DNA of 64,000 bases from Patescibacteria group bacterium. GTDB lineage: Bacteria > Patescibacteriota > Minisyncoccia > Phycocordibacterales > Phycocordibacteraceae. A program made the position numbers and the translations under genes. The notes beneath the pieces are model-generated. The model saw only the letters and a list, made by a program, of their open reading frames with translations, was not told the DNA's origin and searched no databases. Positions within the stretch are counted from its first letter, which is position 1. Each line of letters opens with the position of its first letter. Below are positions 26,755 to 38,500 of the stretch, piece by piece. The DNA lies in NCBI GenBank assembly GCA_040390125.1, contig JAZJYZ010000001.1, forward strand, positions 442,396 to 506,395, read 5' to 3'.

Positions 26755-27282
26755 ATGGGCGTAATGGAAAAGGAAATACTACAGAAGCAAGACGCCTTGG
26801 AAAAACCACCACGTGTAGTGTATTTTTTTGAATACCTTACAAGGTGGATAGGTTCTATTCCATCCTTAGTTGTTCATACAGTTCTTTTTGGAGGTGCGTT
26901 TGCTCTCGGATTTTTTCACATAGCTCAATGGGATTCAGTTCTTTTAGTGTTGACGACAATAGTCTCTTTGGAGGCAATCTATCTTTCTATATTCATCCAA
27001 ATGACTGTTAATAGGCACTCTGAAAGCTTGAAGGAGGTTGAGGAAGACGTTGGTGACATTCAGGAAGACATCGAAGAGATTACTGAAGACGTTGAAGGAA
27101 TTCAGGAAGACATTGAAGAGATTACTGAAGATGTTGAGGGAATTCAGGAAGATGTTGAGGAAATGACCGAAGAAGATGCGGAAGATGAAGCACGTAAGCA
27201 GAAACAGCTCGTTTCTTTGGATCAGTTGACCAAAGATGTACAGAGAGTGTTGCAGGATTTGGAGAAATTTAAGAAACAGTAA
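26755..27282 (+). CDS. DUF1003-like membrane protein with acidic coiled-coil repeats
   Basis: WIGSIPSLVVHT, LTTIVSLEAIYLSIFIQMTVNR, then EDVEGIQEDIEEIT repeats. Confidence 0.75.
   Translation: MGVMEKEILQKQDALEKPPRVVYFFEYLTRWIGSIPSLVVHTVLFGGAFALGFFHIAQWDSVLLVLTTIVSLEAIYLSIFIQMTVNRHSESLKEVEEDVGDIQEDIEEITEDVEGIQEDIEEITEDVEGIQEDVEEMTEEDAEDEARKQKQLVSLDQLTKDVQRVLQDLEKFKKQ
27043..27168 (+). repeat. In-frame 42-bp tandem repeat x3
   Basis: Units start at 27043, 27085 and 27127 (GAAGAYGTTG...ATTCAGGAAGA...). Confidence 0.85.
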
Positions 27283-27288
27283 GAGGAT

Positions 27289-27450
27289 AGCTTTCAGCTT
27301 CTAGCTTCCAGCTGTCAGCTTTTAGAATTTCAACTACCAACTTCTAGCTTCCAGGCAGTAGGTGCTAGCTTTTTCTAATGCGAATTCAAAGCTAGAAGCT
27401 AATTGATCCCTACGGACCCGACGAAGTGTCGCCTAGCACCTAGAAGCTTT
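27289..27450. repeat. 7-bp periodic tract containing double-hairpin mini-element copy 2 (27404-27435)
   Basis: AGCTTTC AGCTTCT AGCTTCC AGCTGTC...; inverse CTAGAAGCT units. Confidence 0.7.
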
Positions 27451-27756
27451 TTATTTATCTTTTGGTTTGTCTAGCTTCTCTAAACCTAGGATCTTGAAGC
27501 CGAAATATACGACTGCGGTCATTATGAAAAAGTTTATGAGGGTGATGAGAAAATTGCCCCACATGATTTGTGCACCAAAAAAGGAGACGGAAGATTCTTT
27601 GAGGCCGTGCACCTGACCCAAGAAAAGGCCCACGATGGGGTTTACGATGTCGTTAATGAACGAACCCACGAGTCCTGATACTGCACCTCCTAATACGAAG
27701 CCTATTGCAAGACCTACAACGGCTCGTTCACGGATGAAGTCGATGAAACTTTGCAT
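27451..27756 (-). CDS. mscL: Large-conductance mechanosensitive channel (short form)
   Basis: FIDFIRERAVVGLAIGFVLGGA, SFINDIVNP, WGNFLITLINF. Confidence 0.88.
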   Translation of the reverse strand: MQSFIDFIRERAVVGLAIGFVLGGAVSGLVGSFINDIVNPIVGLFLGQVHGLKESSVSFFGAQIMWGNFLITLINFFIMTAVVYFGFKILGLEKLDKPKDK

Positions 27757-27895
27757 TTTTTTTCTAAAAGCTTCCAGCTGTCGGCTTTCAGGTTCCAGCT
27801 TTTAAAGATAGAACCTAGACGCTAGAAGTCAGTACCTGAGCCATGTTACACTACCCCGCAACGAGTGGAAAATACCTAACTTTAAGATATCAACA

Positions 27896-28651
27896 ATGGA
27901 ATCCTCTGGTATTCACGTCATATTGAAAGCAGAGCCGTTAGGTGCACTGTGGGGTATACCTATCACAAATAGTCTCCTCATGACGTGGATCGCCATGGGG
28001 CTGATCTTCCTTTTTGTCTTCCTTTTTAGACGCCAAATCGCTTTGGTACCGGGCAAGCTTCAGACAACTCTTGAGTGGGGTGTTGAGGGAGCGCTTGGGT
28101 ATATGACAGAAACGCTTGAAGACGCAAAGCTCGCAAAGCGTTTTTTCCCTCTCATTGCTACATTATTTCTTTTTATCCTCACTATTAACCTACTTGAATT
28201 CTTTCCTGGCGTCGGAAGTTTAGGATTCTTTTCGGAACATGGTTTTACGCCACTTTTGCGTGCATCAACTGCTGATCTGAACACGGCACTTGCACTGACA
28301 CTCATCTCAGTCATTACTGTTGAAGTTATAGGGTTCGTGACTCTTGGTTTCTTCCGATATGGTGGGAAATTCATAAACTTTTCATCCCCACTCAATTTCG
28401 TTGTCGGCTTAATAGAGCTGGTGAGCGAACTCGGTCGCCTGGTATCGCTTTCGTTTCGTCTTTTCGGGAATATCTTCGCTGGCGAAGTTCTTATTGCCGT
28501 CATTGGGCTTTTTGCACCATATGTCGTTCCGGTGCCGTTTATGCTCTTTGAGGTCTTTGTTGGTTTTGTGCAGGCGGTCATTTTTGCCCTGCTCACTCTC
28601 TTCTTTATAAAACTCGCCGTCACGCCTCCTCACGATAGCGAGGCCCATTAG
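27896..28651 (+). CDS. atpB: ATP synthase F0 subunit a
   Basis: ITNSLL, TADLN, SLSFRLFGNIFAGE, VQAVIFALLT. Confidence 0.96.
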   Translation: MESSGIHVILKAEPLGALWGIPITNSLLMTWIAMGLIFLFVFLFRRQIALVPGKLQTTLEWGVEGALGYMTETLEDAKLAKRFFPLIATLFLFILTINLLEFFPGVGSLGFFSEHGFTPLLRASTADLNTALALTLISVITVEVIGFVTLGFFRYGGKFINFSSPLNFVVGLIELVSELGRLVSLSFRLFGNIFAGEVLIAVIGLFAPYVVPVPFMLFEVFVGFVQAVIFALLTLFFIKLAVTPPHDSEAH

Positions 28652-28792
28652 GGGCGATTTTCCCACTGGCGTGAAAAAGGGTGATGGATTATACTAATGA
28701 AGCGACAGTTAAAGGCTTTTGGGCCGTTGGGCTCAAAAGTGAGTTTAAAAATTATTAAATTTTCAAGCTAGAAGCTAAACGCTATCAGCTAA

Positions 28793-29032
<240 letters not shown>

Positions 29033-29127
29033 TTAGAAAAGGGGTTAGGGGTCAGTGTTTAGTGTTCAGAGATTCTGAAATTGAATTTCACTAGCCTCTA
29101 AACACTAAACTCTATACACTAGTTGCT

Positions 29128-29574
29128 ATGGGAGAGTTATTCGACACATTCGGAATCGACGTACGATTGCTTATTATACAAGCGGTCAATTTTGGCATTA
29201 CACTCGTGGTGCTCTGGTATTTTCTGTACCGTCCGCTTCTTCGTGTTATCGGTGAACGTAAAGAGAAGATTGCAAAAGGTATTGTGGATGCAGAGGCGGC
29301 TGAAACACTACGCACCGAAACCGAGGGTGCACGTGCAGGGGTTCTCTCTCAAGCAGAACGTGATGCTCAAGGGCTTGTGGAGCGTGCAACCTTGGAAGGT
29401 AAAGACGAGCGTGCAAAAATCATAAAAACTGCACAGGATAGAAGTGACGCAATGCTTGCCGACGCAAAGAAAGAGTCAATCGAAATGCAACGCCGTGCTC
29501 TTGCAGAGTCAGAGAAAGAAATGACACGACTCGCTATTCTTGCGGCAGAAAAAATCCTCCGCAAACAATCCTAG
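29128..29574 (+). CDS. atpF: ATP synthase F0 subunit b
   Basis: QAVNF..TM..YRPLLRVIGERKEKI, operon position. Confidence 0.93.
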   Translation: MGELFDTFGIDVRLLIIQAVNFGITLVVLWYFLYRPLLRVIGERKEKIAKGIVDAEAAETLRTETEGARAGVLSQAERDAQGLVERATLEGKDERAKIIKTAQDRSDAMLADAKKESIEMQRRALAESEKEMTRLAILAAEKILRKQS

Positions 29575-29590
29575 ATGTTTATTCTCTTTA

Positions 29591-29622
29591 TGATCCCTTC
29601 GGATCCGATGAAGCATCGCCTA
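29591..29622 (+). repeat. 32-nt double-hairpin mini-element, copy 3
   Basis: TGATCCCTTCGGATCCGATGAAGCATCGCCTA. Confidence 0.7.
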
Positions 29623-29659
29623 TCCACTAAACACTAACCCCTAAACCATTCTTCCAACC

Positions 29660-30043
29660 ATGTCTCTCGCCAACGCATACGCTTCAGTCATTAAAGAAAC
29701 TCCAACAGAGCTGCATACTGCAGAGTTTGTGGGGAAGCTTCTTTCTTTTATGCGTGTACGAGGACACCTATCTCTTCTTTCTGAAGTTGTACGAATTTTA
29801 GAAAAAGAGCCTACTCGCTCTGGGGTAGTGGTGACGGTGGCAGATGATGCGGGTTTGAAAGAGTTCGCCTCTGAAATTAAATCTGCACTCGGAACACTTG
29901 GTGCAGATACAAAATCCTATCGCACCACTATTGATGCCCGTGCGGTAGGCGGGTACTCAGTTCGTGCGGGCTCAAAGATTATTGACAACACGTTCCGCAC
30001 CGCCCTTGTTTCTCTTTACCAACGAACAGTAAGTAGCACGTAG
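29660..30043 (+). CDS. atpH: ATP synthase F1 subunit delta (short)
   Basis: Position between atpF and atpA; C-terminal D..AVGG..VRAGSKIIDNT. Confidence 0.8.
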   Translation: MSLANAYASVIKETPTELHTAEFVGKLLSFMRVRGHLSLLSEVVRILEKEPTRSGVVVTVADDAGLKEFASEIKSALGTLGADTKSYRTTIDARAVGGYSVRAGSKIIDNTFRTALVSLYQRTVSST

Positions 30044-30127
30044 TGGGTAGTATGTAGAAAATACAAACTCATAAAATTTCATGCTGCTCACTACTTACTA
30101 CTCACTATCCACTAATCACTAACTCTT

Positions 30128-31687
30128 ATGGACATCAGCATCATCGAACGCCTCAAGAAAGAAATTGAATCCTTTGCTCCAAATGCAAAGCCTACTGAAA
30201 CGGGCATTGTTCGCAAAGTGGGTGATGGCATCGTTGAAATAGAAGGCTTGGATGATGTGGCAATGGCTGAGATGGTACGCTTCGACGAAGGTTCTGTTTC
30301 TGACGTGAAGACAACTATTTCACACGAGGATACGTTGTTTGGGGTGGTTTTGAACTTGGAAGAGACAACGGTGAAGGCAATTATCCTTGGTGATTCCTCA
30401 CGCATTAAAGAGGGGATGCTTGTGCATCGCACAAAGAAACTCCTTTCGATTCCTGTCGGGGACGCAGTTATTGGACGCATCGTTGATGCTCTCGGAGTTC
30501 CTATAGATGGGAAAGGACCAATTAAGTCTGACACCACAAGCCCCATTGAGCGTGAAGCATACGGCGTTATTGATAGAAGCCCTGTGAACGTACCAATGCA
30601 CACGGGTATTAAGGCAATTGATTCGTTGATCCCAATTGGTCGTGGACAGCGTGAACTCATCATTGGCGACAGGGGCACAGGAAAAACAACGGTTGCCATT
30701 GATGCAATTTTGAATCAACTGAATGAACCAGAAAGTTCACGCCCTATTTGTGTGTACGTTGCCATTGGTCAAAAGGAATCCAAGACCGCTCGCATTGCTG
30801 CGATGCTTAAAGAGCGTGGTGCCATGGACTACACGATTGTAGTTTCAGCTCCGGCGTCTGCTTCAGCAGCGTTTCAATTCTTGGCTCCCTACGCTGGCGT
30901 AACCTTGGGTGAGTATTTTATGGACAAAGGCAAGGACGTCTTGGTTATCTACGACGATCTTTCCAAACAAGCTGTTGCATACCGACAGCTCTCACTCTTG
31001 CTTCGTCGTCCCCCAGGGCGTGAGGCGTACCCTGGAGACATTTTCTATCTCCACTCAAGACTTCTTGAGCGTGCGGCAAAGCTTTCTCCAGAAAGAGGCG
31101 GTGGGTCACTCACTGCACTTCCTATTATTGAAACGCAGGAAGGTGACATCAGCGCCTACATTCCAACCAATGTTATTTCAATTACTGATGGTCAGATGTT
31201 CTTGGAAGCAGATCTTTTTAACAAAGGAACACGTCCTGCTATTAACGTAGGTATTTCGGTTTCTCGTGTTGGTTCCGCTGCTCAAACAAAAGCCATGAAG
31301 AAGGTTTCGGGTCGCATTAAGCTCGACCTTGCACAGTTCCGTGAACTTGAAGCGTTCATGCAGTTCTCGCAAGATCTCGATGCTGAAACGAAGAAGACTA
31401 TTGATGGAGGTCGTCGTCTTTCTGCAATTTTGAACCAAAACAAAAATGCTCCAATCCCATTTGAACGACAAGTGGTCGTTATGTATGCAGTAACCAACGG
31501 CTTCTTTGATTCGTTTGGTGCTGAACAGATGAGCGAGATAGAAGCAAAGTTTCTTGCGTATTTGGACAGAGAAGCAAAGGGAGTTCTTGAGGCTATTCGC
31601 ACATCCACAGAAATAGCTAAAGACACAGAAGAGAAGCTAAAGAGTGCTATCCAGTCATTTGTCTCAACTACAGATGTAAAAAGCTGA
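30128..31687 (+). CDS. atpA: ATP synthase F1 subunit alpha
   Basis: GRGQRELIIGDRGTGKT, RRPPGREAYPGD. Confidence 0.98.
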   Translation: MDISIIERLKKEIESFAPNAKPTETGIVRKVGDGIVEIEGLDDVAMAEMVRFDEGSVSDVKTTISHEDTLFGVVLNLEETTVKAIILGDSSRIKEGMLVHRTKKLLSIPVGDAVIGRIVDALGVPIDGKGPIKSDTTSPIEREAYGVIDRSPVNVPMHTGIKAIDSLIPIGRGQRELIIGDRGTGKTTVAIDAILNQLNEPESSRPICVYVAIGQKESKTARIAAMLKERGAMDYTIVVSAPASASAAFQFLAPYAGVTLGEYFMDKGKDVLVIYDDLSKQAVAYRQLSLLLRRPPGREAYPGDIFYLHSRLLERAAKLSPERGGGSLTALPIIETQEGDISAYIPTNVISITDGQMFLEADLFNKGTRPAINVGISVSRVGSAAQTKAMKKVSGRIKLDLAQFRELEAFMQFSQDLDAETKKTIDGGRRLSAILNQNKNAPIPFERQVVVMYAVTNGFFDSFGAEQMSEIEAKFLAYLDREAKGVLEAIRTSTEIAKDTEEKLKSAIQSFVSTTDVKS

Positions 31688-31715
31688 AAGCTGACAGCTG
31701 GAACCTGAAAGCTCT

Positions 31716-32633
31716 ATGTCATTAAAGGATATCAAACTCAAAATAAAATCCGTTGATCGTACCCGCAAGGTTACGAAGGCAATGGAATCGGTGTCTGCTG
31801 TCAAGATGCGTAAGAGTCAGGTGCGTGCAATTACCTCACGGCCCTATGCTTCTTCAGCGCTCTCCATTTTGGAGCGTATGAGTGTTTCTCTTGCGTCTCT
31901 TAAGCATCCCTTGACTGTTGTACGGCCTGTAAAGCGAGCTGCCATTGTTGTTGTAACAAGCGACAAGGGGCTTTGCGGCATATTGAATGCGGCCGTTGTA
32001 AAAACTGCATATACGCTTGCGGAATCACTTGAACTCCCTCGTGAAGCAATTTCCATCTATGCATTTGGACGCAAAGGTGCAGAATTTTTTGATCGTCGTG
32101 GATACCAAATTTTAGGAAAATTTGAAAACGTTTTTGACGATGTATCGGTTGCTGACCTAGCGCTTGTGTCTGCGGACATCGCACGGGCATTTTTGAATAC
32201 AGAGTTTGACCGAGTTGATGTTGTATACACAAATTTTAAATCAACGTTTGAACAGAGTGCTATTGCACATAAAGTATTGCCACTTTCTATTGAGACGGTT
32301 TCTGAAATAGTAACTGGAATAGTGCCAGTGAAAGGAAAGTTTGCAGTGGCGGAGCGTCTGAAAGGTCCTGCTTTTTATACGGCAGAGCCCTCTCAAGAGG
32401 TAGTGGTGGATGCTTTGATTCCACGCCTCGTGAGTGTGCTTTTCTTCCATGCACTTTTGGAGTCAAAGGCCTCCGAGCATTCAGCTCGTATGGTTGCTAT
32501 GAAAAACGCATCTGACAAATCTCGTGACCTTTCAAAGTTACTCACGAGAAAGTACAACAAAGCTCGCCAAGCATTAATTACGAGAGAAGTCTCCGAGATT
32601 GTCGGGGGTATTGAGGCGATGGCGACGAGCTAG
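31716..32633 (+). CDS. atpG: ATP synthase F1 subunit gamma
   Basis: TKAMESVSAVK, DKGLCG, SEHSARMVAMKNA, YNKARQALITRE. Confidence 0.97.
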   Translation: MSLKDIKLKIKSVDRTRKVTKAMESVSAVKMRKSQVRAITSRPYASSALSILERMSVSLASLKHPLTVVRPVKRAAIVVVTSDKGLCGILNAAVVKTAYTLAESLELPREAISIYAFGRKGAEFFDRRGYQILGKFENVFDDVSVADLALVSADIARAFLNTEFDRVDVVYTNFKSTFEQSAIAHKVLPLSIETVSEIVTGIVPVKGKFAVAERLKGPAFYTAEPSQEVVVDALIPRLVSVLFFHALLESKASEHSARMVAMKNASDKSRDLSKLLTRKYNKARQALITREVSEIVGGIEAMATS

Positions 32634-32694
32634 CCAATAGCCATTAGGGTACAGGGATTAGGGAAATAAAAATAATTTTGATAGAATCAAAAAC

Positions 32695-32865
32695 ATGACA
32701 GTATTCGCTGAAAAACCGGGCATAGGTATTCTTCATAGATCTTCGCATCGAGGACCAGAAATTACCGTACCTAGAAAGAGTGACGGAACTCATACTACTT
32801 ATTCTCAAGCTCTCATACGGGTACTAAATGGTAGCGAAGTAGGTCCTTGTCTCAAGGTAAAATAA
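32695..32865 (+). CDS. Orphan 56-aa microprotein inside the atp operon
   Basis: Manual translation MTVFAEKPGIGILHRSS...GPCLKVK; TAGAAT -10-like box just upstream. Confidence 0.4.
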   Translation: MTVFAEKPGIGILHRSSHRGPEITVPRKSDGTHTTYSQALIRVLNGSEVGPCLKVK

Positions 32866-32869
32866 AAAT

Positions 32870-34515
<1,646 letters not shown>

Positions 34516-34523
34516 TTGCTTAT

Positions 34524-34664
34524 ATGTTTAGAGATCGTCAACCGAATATTTCAGAGAAGCCTTTAAATCCACTCGAGACATACATGTCTTTCATGTGGAG
34601 AGTGAGTTCACCCCTTATGGAGTGGCTACTTCCTAATGCTTTACCTACCAAAAAACAAAAATAA
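34524..34664 (+). CDS. Orphan 46-aa microprotein between atpD and atpC
   Basis: Manual translation MFRDRQPNISEKPLNPLETYMSFMWRVSSPLMEWLLPNALPTKKQK; exactly fills the gap. Confidence 0.45.
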   Translation: MFRDRQPNISEKPLNPLETYMSFMWRVSSPLMEWLLPNALPTKKQK

Positions 34665-34669
34665 CTTGT

Positions 34670-34900
34670 ATGTTAGTTGTCATTGCAAAAGTCCACGAAA
34701 ATTTATTTTCAGGCGAAGCACTCTCGCTTTCTGCTATGACTACAGAAGGGAAGTTAACTATCCTTCCTAAACACGAGCCCTTTGTCGCAAATTTGAAAGC
34801 GGGAGAAGTAGTAGTAAAAACAGCTGCAGGAGAAGAGAGGTTTGATATTATAGAAGGAGTTTTGGAGGTTTCTGGGAACCAAGTGACGGTACTTTTGTAG
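34670..34900 (+). CDS. atpC: ATP synthase F1 subunit epsilon (beta-sandwich only)
   Basis: GKLTILPKHEP, GVLEVSGNQVTVL; no C-terminal helices. Confidence 0.88.
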   Translation: MLVVIAKVHENLFSGEALSLSAMTTEGKLTILPKHEPFVANLKAGEVVVKTAAGEERFDIIEGVLEVSGNQVTVLL

Positions 34901-34901
34901 T

Positions 34902-35096
34902 ATGACCGAAAGATCAGGTATCGTTCAGGCAATTCCAGAGGATTTTTGGAGTTTAGTTAAACACGGTCTAGATTTTAAAGATCCTGCAACGCAAGACTCT
35001 GTCAGGAAAGTTGCTTTTGGTGTAATGAGACGGTGTTCTCGTGAAGAAGCGCAAGAAATACAGAATTTCTTGAATCAAAACGGTATTGGAACTTAA
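34902..35096 (+). CDS. Orphan 64-aa protein
   Basis: ORF track; starts right after atpC. Confidence 0.5.
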   Translation: MTERSGIVQAIPEDFWSLVKHGLDFKDPATQDSVRKVAFGVMRRCSREEAQEIQNFLNQNGIGT

Positions 35097-35151
35097 TTTT
35101 TTCACAGGATAATCATTGACTATTTATATAAGGAGAATACAATAATGGCGT

Positions 35152-35280
35152 ATGGGGAAACTGGAGAATGTTCAAAATATTAAAAGAGAGGGTGTTCGTT
35201 GCGACGGTGGGTGTGCAGTTTTCTTTTCTGGAGCAGGTGGGTGTTGCTCTCGTTGCCAGGCTCAAGGCAAGTGTAAATAA
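35152..35280 (+). CDS. 42-aa Cys-rich peptide
   Basis: MGKLENVQNIKREGVRCDGGCAVFFSGAGGCCSRCQAQGKCK; TTGACT-16-TACAAT upstream (35116-35143), terminator downstream. Confidence 0.6.
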   Translation: MGKLENVQNIKREGVRCDGGCAVFFSGAGGCCSRCQAQGKCK

Positions 35281-35329
35281 TTCTTTGATTTATCTGTTTC
35301 CTGAAGTGCCTGTATCTTGTGTATCATTT

Positions 35330-35360
35330 AAACCCATCTAATAGCTTAGGTGGGTTTTTT
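35330..35360 (+). terminator. Intrinsic terminator
   Basis: AAACCCATCTAA-TAGC-TTAGGTGGGTTT + T run. Confidence 0.7.
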
Positions 35361-35364
35361 ATAA

Positions 35365-35394
35365 AAAAACTATACGATTAATCGTATAGTTTTT
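35365..35394. repeat. Gene-less copy of the palindrome that flanks TrpR-like gene 2
   Basis: AAAAACTATACGATT|AATCGTATAGTTTTT. Confidence 0.85.
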
Positions 35395-35443
35395 ATGAGT
35401 TCTATACGGACGAAGTTTAGTGTTGTTTTTAGTCTGCATAGTA

Positions 35444-35487
35444 TCTGTATAGTATAAAATCACGGTCGTGATTTTATACTATACAGA
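35444..35487. repeat. 36-bp palindrome family, copy 2 (extended to 44 bp)
   Basis: TCTGTATAGTATAAAATCACG-GT-CGTGATTTTATACTATACAGA. Confidence 0.85.
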
Positions 35488-35558
35488 ATTTTTTACTGAC
35501 TGGACGATGAGAATGCTCAGTTCGTCTGCCTGCGACGGGGTGGAGCGAGTGGCTTGTG

Positions 35559-38500
35559 TTACTGAGGGGAAGAAGGGTTCCAATATTGTTTGCCTGGGTT
35601 TCGGTAGACGAGAATAGGGGTAAGGATGAGAGTTAGAATCATTGCAAAGGAAAGGCCAAACATAATCGCAAATGCGAGTGGGCCCCAGAGTGCGGATGCA
35701 CCCGCAAGCGGGAGCATACCGATGACGGTGGTGATGGTGGTAAGGACAATAGGTCGGAGCCTGCTTGCTGCACCATCCACCACAACCTCTTCGAGGGTTC
35801 TTCCTTCTGGGTTTTTCATGCGGATGATGATTGAATCGACGAGGATGATGGCGTGGTTAATGATGACACCAGCAAGTGCAATAATGCCAAGGAGGGATGA
35901 AAATGAGAAGGGTTGCCCAGTGAGTGCAAGACCACCTAAAACGCCAATCAAGGAGAGTATAACTAGCATAAGGAGATAGAAGGAATAGCGGAAGGAGTTG
36001 AATTCCAAAACGAGAATCGCAAGCATCAAGACTAAGCCAGCAAGGAAGGCGAGACCCATTTCGCTGAACGACTTGTTTACGTCCTCAGTCTCTCCTCCGA
36101 TTTTCATTGTCACACCTTCAGGAATGGATTCTTTTTCCATCGCTTTTTTAAATGCAGAGGATACTTCAACGGGCGTTGCCCCTCCCTCCGTATAGCTAGA
36201 GACGGTGGCAATATTTTTTTGATCTTCACGTCTAATGATGGCATTTGATTTTTCAATGGAAGGGGAGAGGATTGAGCCCAAAAGCACACTTCCCATAGGA
36301 GTTTTTATTGACAGGTTCAGTAGTGCATCAATGTCAGCTTTTGTTGTGTCGCCCGGCTCTTGCCAATCAGAATTAAGATTTGTAGACACCACAACGTCTA
36401 CGTCTTCCGTATCATTTTTTATTGTCGTTGCAACGACGCCGGAAACTGCCGTCCTCAAGGTTGATGCTACTTGTGCTGGGGAGAGTCCAACTTGTGATGC
36501 CTTGGCACGATCGATAGTGAGTGCAAATTGTGTACCGTCGTCCTTTATAGATGTTGCAACCTCAGCAGTGCCGGGTGTGGAGCGCATGACTCTTTCAGCA
36601 ACTGCAATAGAGCGTTCCAAATCATCCAAGCTTTCGCCCGAAAATGTCACCAGGACCGGTGCTCCAGAGGGAGGGCCTCCTGCAGGCTCGAATGCGTGAA
36701 CAGAAAACTCATGGAACACAGATACTTTCTTTCTGAGTTCTCCGGTAATTTCGGTAGAAGTTTGCCTGCGGTCTTCTTTGGGTAGGAGTTTAATGGTGAT
36801 GTTTGCGTATTTTGATCCGCTTGATTGATTTTGGCTGAGTGCCGATGAACCACCAATAGTGGTGACGAATGATTTTATACGTGGGTCGTTATAGAGAAGC
36901 TCTTCGACTCCTCGGGCTGCGAGGTCAGTTGTCTCAAGGGGTGTTCCTTGTTTTGCTTCTATCTCAAGATACACGTACTCAGAGTCGTCTTGCGGGAAAA
37001 AGAGTACTTTCACTATTCCTGAAACTGGAAGCAAGATTGCTATCACGAGTGCAATTCCAAGACTCCACATGAATCGGTTTTGGAATTTTCTGTTTTTAAG
37101 AACACCGGTGAGGAATCCTCGATACCATAGTTGGGCTTTTGTGTTCCACTCTTCCTGAATGATTTGAAGTTTTCCGGTATCTCTCTTGGTGAGATGTATT
37201 GCAATTAAGGGCACAAGACCTAAAGCAACAAAAATGGACGCAATTAAGACGGTAATGATGGTAAAGGGAATTGATTGAATGTATTGACCCACAATGCCTG
37301 AGATAAAGAAAAGTGGTGCAAACATGACAACGGTGGTCATGGTGCCGGCAGTCAGGGGCCTGGCATATTCACGTATTGCTTCCTTTGCTGCACGAATTGG
37401 ATCGCCAAACTTTTGGTAGCGTGTGTGGATTGCTTCTGTGACAACGATGCCAGAATCCACGAGGATGCCGATGGCGAGAATGAGGGCGAAGAGTGAGACG
37501 AAGTTTATGGTGTTACCCGAAGCATTGAGCCCGATGAACGCAATAACAAAAGAAAGGGGAATTGAAAGTCCGGCAACGAGGGATTCTCTCCAGCCGATAG
37601 TAAGAACAAGGCAGAGCATTACCAAGAGAACGGTTTCAAGTCCAACTTTGGTGAGCTCAGAGAGGCTTTTTTGCACTTCTTCTCCTAGGTCGATGGAGAT
37701 TTCAGTTGTGATGCCTGCAAGCATTGTAGTGGAGAGCGAATTCAATTTTTCTTTTGCAGACGACGCTGTTGCAAAAATATTGCCTCCGGCTTTTTTATGA
37801 ACCGAGAGAGTAACGGCAGATTCCCCAGGTGCACCGGCTGTCGACACTCTCGATATGCTGGTTGCTTTCTCAATTCCGTTTACAATGTCTGCAACATCTC
37901 GAAGGTAAATTGGATTTCCATTCAAGTTACCGATGCTCGTTTGAGCTAATTCTTCAGGGTTGTTTAAGTCTCCCTTGAATGCGACTGCATACTCAATGTC
38001 GTCAACCGTGATGGTGCCAACTGGTAGTGAGCTGTTGGATGCACTTAAGGCGGAAACTACGTCCGCAAGGGATAGACCGTATGATTGCAGTGCTTCTTTG
38101 CGAACGATGACGTTTGCTTCACGGTCTCGAGTTCCACTAATGTCTACTCGAGAAACGCCTGGCACACTTTCGAGCTCGTCCTGTACCTCTTTAGCGAGGC
38201 GGGTAAATTCTGTTGGAGGGAGCCCTCCAGAGAGTGACACTATGAAAATAGGCTGGTCGTTTGCACTGATACGCAAAACTACAGGGTCGTCTGCATCTTT
38301 GGGTAATTTTGGCTTCGCACGGTCCACCGCATCTTTAACGTCCTGAATTGACTTGTCTAGGTTTGCGGACGCTTCAAATTCAGCACTCACCACCGAGACT
38401 CCTTCACGTGAAGAGGAGGTAAGTTTGTGAAGATTTTCAACAGTACTGACTTCTTTTTCGATTTCTTTGGTGATGAGTTTTTCAGTGTCGGAAGCGGAAG

